Below, piece by piece: positions 60,613-64,000 of a stretch of DNA of 64,000 nucleotides. The DNA is taken from NCBI GenBank assembly GCA_900767715.1, contig CAAGAD010000005.1, positions 19,697-83,696 of the forward strand, written 5' to 3'. The notes beneath the pieces were generated by a model. The model searched no databases. It saw only the letters and a list, made by a program, of their open reading frames with translations, and was not told the origin of the DNA. Position 1 is the stretch's first letter. Every line of letters starts with the position of its first letter. The position numbers were made by a program, and so were the translations under genes. This DNA comes from Clostridia bacterium (lineage in GTDB: Bacteria; Bacillota; Clostridia; Christensenellales; UBA1242).

Positions 60613-63600
60613 ATGTTCAAGAGAATAATGAAGATTGTCGGGCTATCATTTTGTGGCGTGGTTGGTGTGTTTGGCATCATCGCGGGTGTGATGGCAATCC
60701 GCGGAGATTTTAAGAAAGTGAAAATCAAACCAACCGGTTTGTATTTTTCTGCGGACGAGAAATATTTCGCAGATAACAAACTTTTGTTGTCACCAGTGGA
60801 AGATACAGACGCGTTCTATTTTCAGGTAAAAGCCGACAACGAAGATTGTAACGTTTTGGGCATAAAACTCTCAATCACTTCGGGCGCAGATGTAATCAAG
60901 ATTGTAGATAAAAACAACTCGCCAATCACTGACGCAAAAATTTGGGGAGATGTGAAAATTATTCCACAAACACAAGGCGGAGTAAACGTTGGTGGCACAG
61001 CACGCATTTCGGCAATCAGTTATGATGGTTTGGTTGCCACTACTAGTGACCTTATTGTTTATGTTGATGTTCCGGTTCAAGACCTCACCCCAAGTGATGA
61101 CGTTGCCGACACCACAGGCGACAACACTCGCAAGACTCCAACTCGTGACAAAGGTCTAATCGACGGCAAAAGATATTTCAGTTACGACGCCGGCAGTAAA
61201 ACATTTAGCGAAGCCAACTTTATCTTGTTCGACGGCAGTTATTATGACTTTGACGTAAACAAAGGAATTTACAAAAAAGTCACAACAACTGACACAACAA
61301 AATATCTAAACTTTGCCGAACTATATGAAGATTGCTATATGGCAACAATGTTCAACGACAACACTTTGAATATTGACACACTTTACAATTTCAATCCAAG
61401 CAGTCCTAATTCTCAAAACCCGATCAACCGTGACGGCTATGGCAATAAGAATGTGGAAGCATTTATCTTGGACGAAGATGATTTGCAACTCGCCACTCTC
61501 AGCGCGGACGGAAAGACAATCATCTCCAACGGCAGGGGATTAACTGGCGACGTGCGAGTATTGCTCGCAGTTTATCCAACCTATGCGAAGCAAAAACTCG
61601 CCGAAGCCGACGCAACGCTATCAACCGCAGACCGCATTGAAAAATATATGGTCAGTCGCGAAATCGTAGTCCGCATTGGCGCGACCACAATCAAAGATAT
61701 GGTCGTTACCAAAAAGTCCCTCGGGCTAGACTTGTTTGAGTACACTCCAGTCCAACTCAACAACTCGTCAACCACAAACAACCTTGGAATGATTATTCGC
61801 GACACGGCTGACAACCCTATCAGTTCAATCTACAAATATTTGAGATTCAGTTTCGTTGACGGACTTGGCACGGACGCGAACGATTTGGGCAGTTGCTTCA
61901 CAATCTCCAACAACAATAGTTTGCCAGTATCCAACCTTGCGGACAACGTTGAGAAAGAGAGTTTGACTGGAAGCACCCAACTCTACATTTATGCAAAGCG
62001 TTACGCACCAAAAGCGTATATGAAGATTAGTTACGTGTCTGGCACGGAAACTTTGAAAGATGTGTTCGTAGAATTGGTAACCACCTTTACCGAACCACAA
62101 ATCAGCCTAAACGCAGGCACGGGCAATATAAACAAACTCATTGACGACCGTCTAGTAGGCGGGGTTGATAACGCCGATAACATCATCGATTTGTCGGGCT
62201 ATTACACCGTCACCCCAGAAAGCACGGTTTATCGTAAGGTTTTGTATTTTGCGAAGAGCAATACAGCCAGCCTTGCTCCTGAGAATTATCCAATTTGCGT
62301 TTTGGCAAACAAAACCTATGTAAGAGGTGAAAACACCTATTACTTGGTCGGCTACACCGAAAAAGACGGCGAAGGCAATGTAATTAATGTCGTAACCAAC
62401 AAACTCAAAGCCAACACCGGCTCGGGAGACATTTCAATCATCGCAGTCGTAGTACGAACAGACTATAACGGCAAAATCATCAATCTAAACACTCCAAAGG
62501 TTGACGGTGAATATGTCGAACTTGACCTTGCAGACGGTAATCCATACGACTTTAACGAAGCGTATTCACTTGCAGACGGCAACGGCGAGCAGAAGTCTAG
62601 TGCAATGGCAACAAGCACACTCAGTTTGACCGTGACAATCGCTTACAAAGTGCAAAATGTGAATATCTCACTATCCGCTCAACTCGACGGACGTGACGTC
62701 ACCAGCGAGGGAGACCAATACTATGTGGAAAACGAAATCGTGCGTGGCAAAGCGTCAAAGACCTTCCACCTAAGAGAGAACTTTGACGGCACAATCAGCC
62801 TGTATTTGACTGACTGCTATGACAAATCGGCACTCAAAACCGCTTTTGACAAAAGCACAATCTCACTAAGCGCGGTTATGTATGACGCCAACGGCGAGTA
62901 CAAATACACGGGTTATGACAGCATTGCCAACTATATCACTTTGGGTAAAGGCTCAGCCGTGTATGGCGAAAATGACGTCTTTATGGGTTACAAATACAAC
63001 GTAACCTTGCGTCAAGCCACCCCAGAAGGTTGCTACATTTCATTCAAACTATCCATTGACGGCTATGCTCAAACCTTCCCACGCACCATTGCCAACACCG
63101 ACAATAGTTACGAAACCTACCTTTTGGATAATGTGGTAATTTTGTCGGGCGCAGTGTCAAAGATTGACGTGACCCAGAATGGCGAAAACATTTTGGCAAA
63201 CAACGGCGAAAACAACCCACTCATTCTATTGGCAAAATGGAATGTGACGGACAAAAAGTTTGAATATACCTTGAACGGAAGTAGCATTAGTTCGGGTGAA
63301 AACTTCTTGGCAAAGAATGATTACAATATCATCATTAGTCCAAGTTATGCGCTCATTAAGAACTACACAATGCAGTCTTCCAACACGGACATTTTGACAG
63401 TTGACAACAAAAACAACATCACAATCGGCTCGCACCTTGGCGTTACTAAACTTACAATCAGTTGTGGTGGGGTGGAAAGAACAATTTACATCGAACTCCG
63501 CTTGGACAACAATTCCACAACCAACATTACAATCAACCCTGACAACTTGGCAATGGCTTCGGGCTACATTGAAGTTCCACTCAATAGTGAATATGAATTG

Positions 63601-64000
63601 TACAATTATGCAAATTTTAAAGTGGGTGCAGACAGCGACTCACACAAAAACTTGCTCACTTTCAGCAATCTCGTCGTGAAAAACGAGCGAAACGAAGATG
63701 TGACTAACGAAAAGGTTGGCAATGAAAACAAATTTCAACTCATTGGCAACAAACTACAAGTTTTGGGTACAATTAGCCAAAAATATTATGTAGAAATCCT
63801 AGTAAACGCGCCTTATGCGACAAGTCAGACATTGAAATTGTATTTGCACAGTGCGGTGAGTGTAACATACGCAGACTATGCGTCAAAGAATGACGTTTAT
63901 CAACAGATTTACTCGGGAACAACCTTCGTATTGATGAACCAAGGCAACGAAAGCGACATTACCCCATTGAAAGTGTATGTAACTGACGGACTTGCACAAT
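60613..64000 (+). CDS. Second giant exported/membrane-anchored protein, 5' part only (at least 1129 codons, open to the window end)
   Basis: Not in the ORF track because no stop is reached. Hand translation of every line from 60613 to 64000 in frame 1 gave no stop. SD AAAGAGG lies upstream. The N-terminus is MFKRIMKIVGLSFCGVVGVFGIIAGVMAI, and the rest is a Thr/Asn/Asp/Tyr-rich beta-type sequence. Confidence 0.8.
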   Translation, partial: MFKRIMKIVGLSFCGVVGVFGIIAGVMAIRGDFKKVKIKPTGLYFSADEKYFADNKLLLSPVEDTDAFYFQVKADNEDCNVLGIKLSITSGADVIKIVDKNNSPITDAKIWGDVKIIPQTQGGVNVGGTARISAISYDGLVATTSDLIVYVDVPVQDLTPSDDVADTTGDNTRKTPTRDKGLIDGKRYFSYDAGSKTFSEANFILFDGSYYDFDVNKGIYKKVTTTDTTKYLNFAELYEDCYMATMFNDNTLNIDTLYNFNPSSPNSQNPINRDGYGNKNVEAFILDEDDLQLATLSADGKTIISNGRGLTGDVRVLLAVYPTYAKQKLAEADATLSTADRIEKYMVSREIVVRIGATTIKDMVVTKKSLGLDLFEYTPVQLNNSSTTNNLGMIIRDTADNPISSIYKYLRFSFVDGLGTDANDLGSCFTISNNNSLPVSNLADNVEKESLTGSTQLYIYAKRYAPKAYMKISYVSGTETLKDVFVELVTTFTEPQISLNAGTGNINKLIDDRLVGGVDNADNIIDLSGYYTVTPESTVYRKVLYFAKSNTASLAPENYPICVLANKTYVRGENTYYLVGYTEKDGEGNVINVVTNKLKANTGSGDISIIAVVVRTDYNGKIINLNTPKVDGEYVELDLADGNPYDFNEAYSLADGNGEQKSSAMATSTLSLTVTIAYKVQNVNISLSAQLDGRDVTSEGDQYYVENEIVRGKASKTFHLRENFDGTISLYLTDCYDKSALKTAFDKSTISLSAVMYDANGEYKYTGYDSIANYITLGKGSAVYGENDVFMGYKYNVTLRQATPEGCYISFKLSIDGYAQTFPRTIANTDNSYETYLLDNVVILSGAVSKIDVTQNGENILANNGENNPLILLAKWNVTDKKFEYTLNGSSISSGENFLAKNDYNIIISPSYALIKNYTMQSSNTDILTVDNKNNITIGSHLGVTKLTISCGGVERTIYIELRLDNNSTTNITINPDNLAMASGYIEVPLNSEYELYNYANFKVGADSDSHKNLLTFSNLVVKNERNEDVTNEKVGNENKFQLIGNKLQVLGTISQKYYVEILVNAPYATSQTLKLYLHSAVSVTYADYASKNDVYQQIYSGTTFVLMNQGNESDITPLKVYVTDGLAQ

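Overview
This is a 64-kb chromosomal segment from a moderately low-GC, Firmicutes/Clostridia-like bacterium. Supporting signs are yabP-yabQ, spmA-spmB, a NifS/NifU Fe-S pair, CCA-encoded tRNAs and sigma-A type TTGACA-N17-TATAAT promoters.

The backbone is housekeeping: rpmG-secE-nusG-rplK-rplA, tyrS, argS, gltX, ftsH, ychF, dapA, uppP, rplI, ppa, rsmA, a TatD hydrolase, an NrnA-like DHH phosphoesterase, a P-type ATPase, six intact tRNAs and one tRNA half.

Accessory or poorly understood blocks are interleaved:
- A 4-gene SPFH/double-zinc-ribbon operon.
- An 11.4-kb ORF for a 3808-aa lipoprotein with three GLUG-type modules.
- A second giant ORF that starts at 60613, runs off the window end and is absent from the ORF track.
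- An XRE repressor with a multi-box operator array, divergent from a 986-aa polytopic membrane/helical-tail protein next to tRNA-Asn.
- Three TasA/camelysin-like (SipW-type signal) paralogues with no signal peptidase in view. They are split by a promoter-to-terminator unit of about 360 nt that looks like a structured non-coding RNA.
- A tRNA-Ser whose leader carries a 42-nt duplicate of its own 5' part plus a palindrome built from its anticodon arm.

Other oddities are a C at T-loop position 55 in three tRNAs, a bulged initiator tRNA, an exactly duplicated terminator flanking a small membrane gene, and sharp AT-rich patches that run into gene termini. No CRISPR array, transposase, integrase or rRNA was seen. 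All functional calls come from motif recognition by eye and none is backed by a database search.
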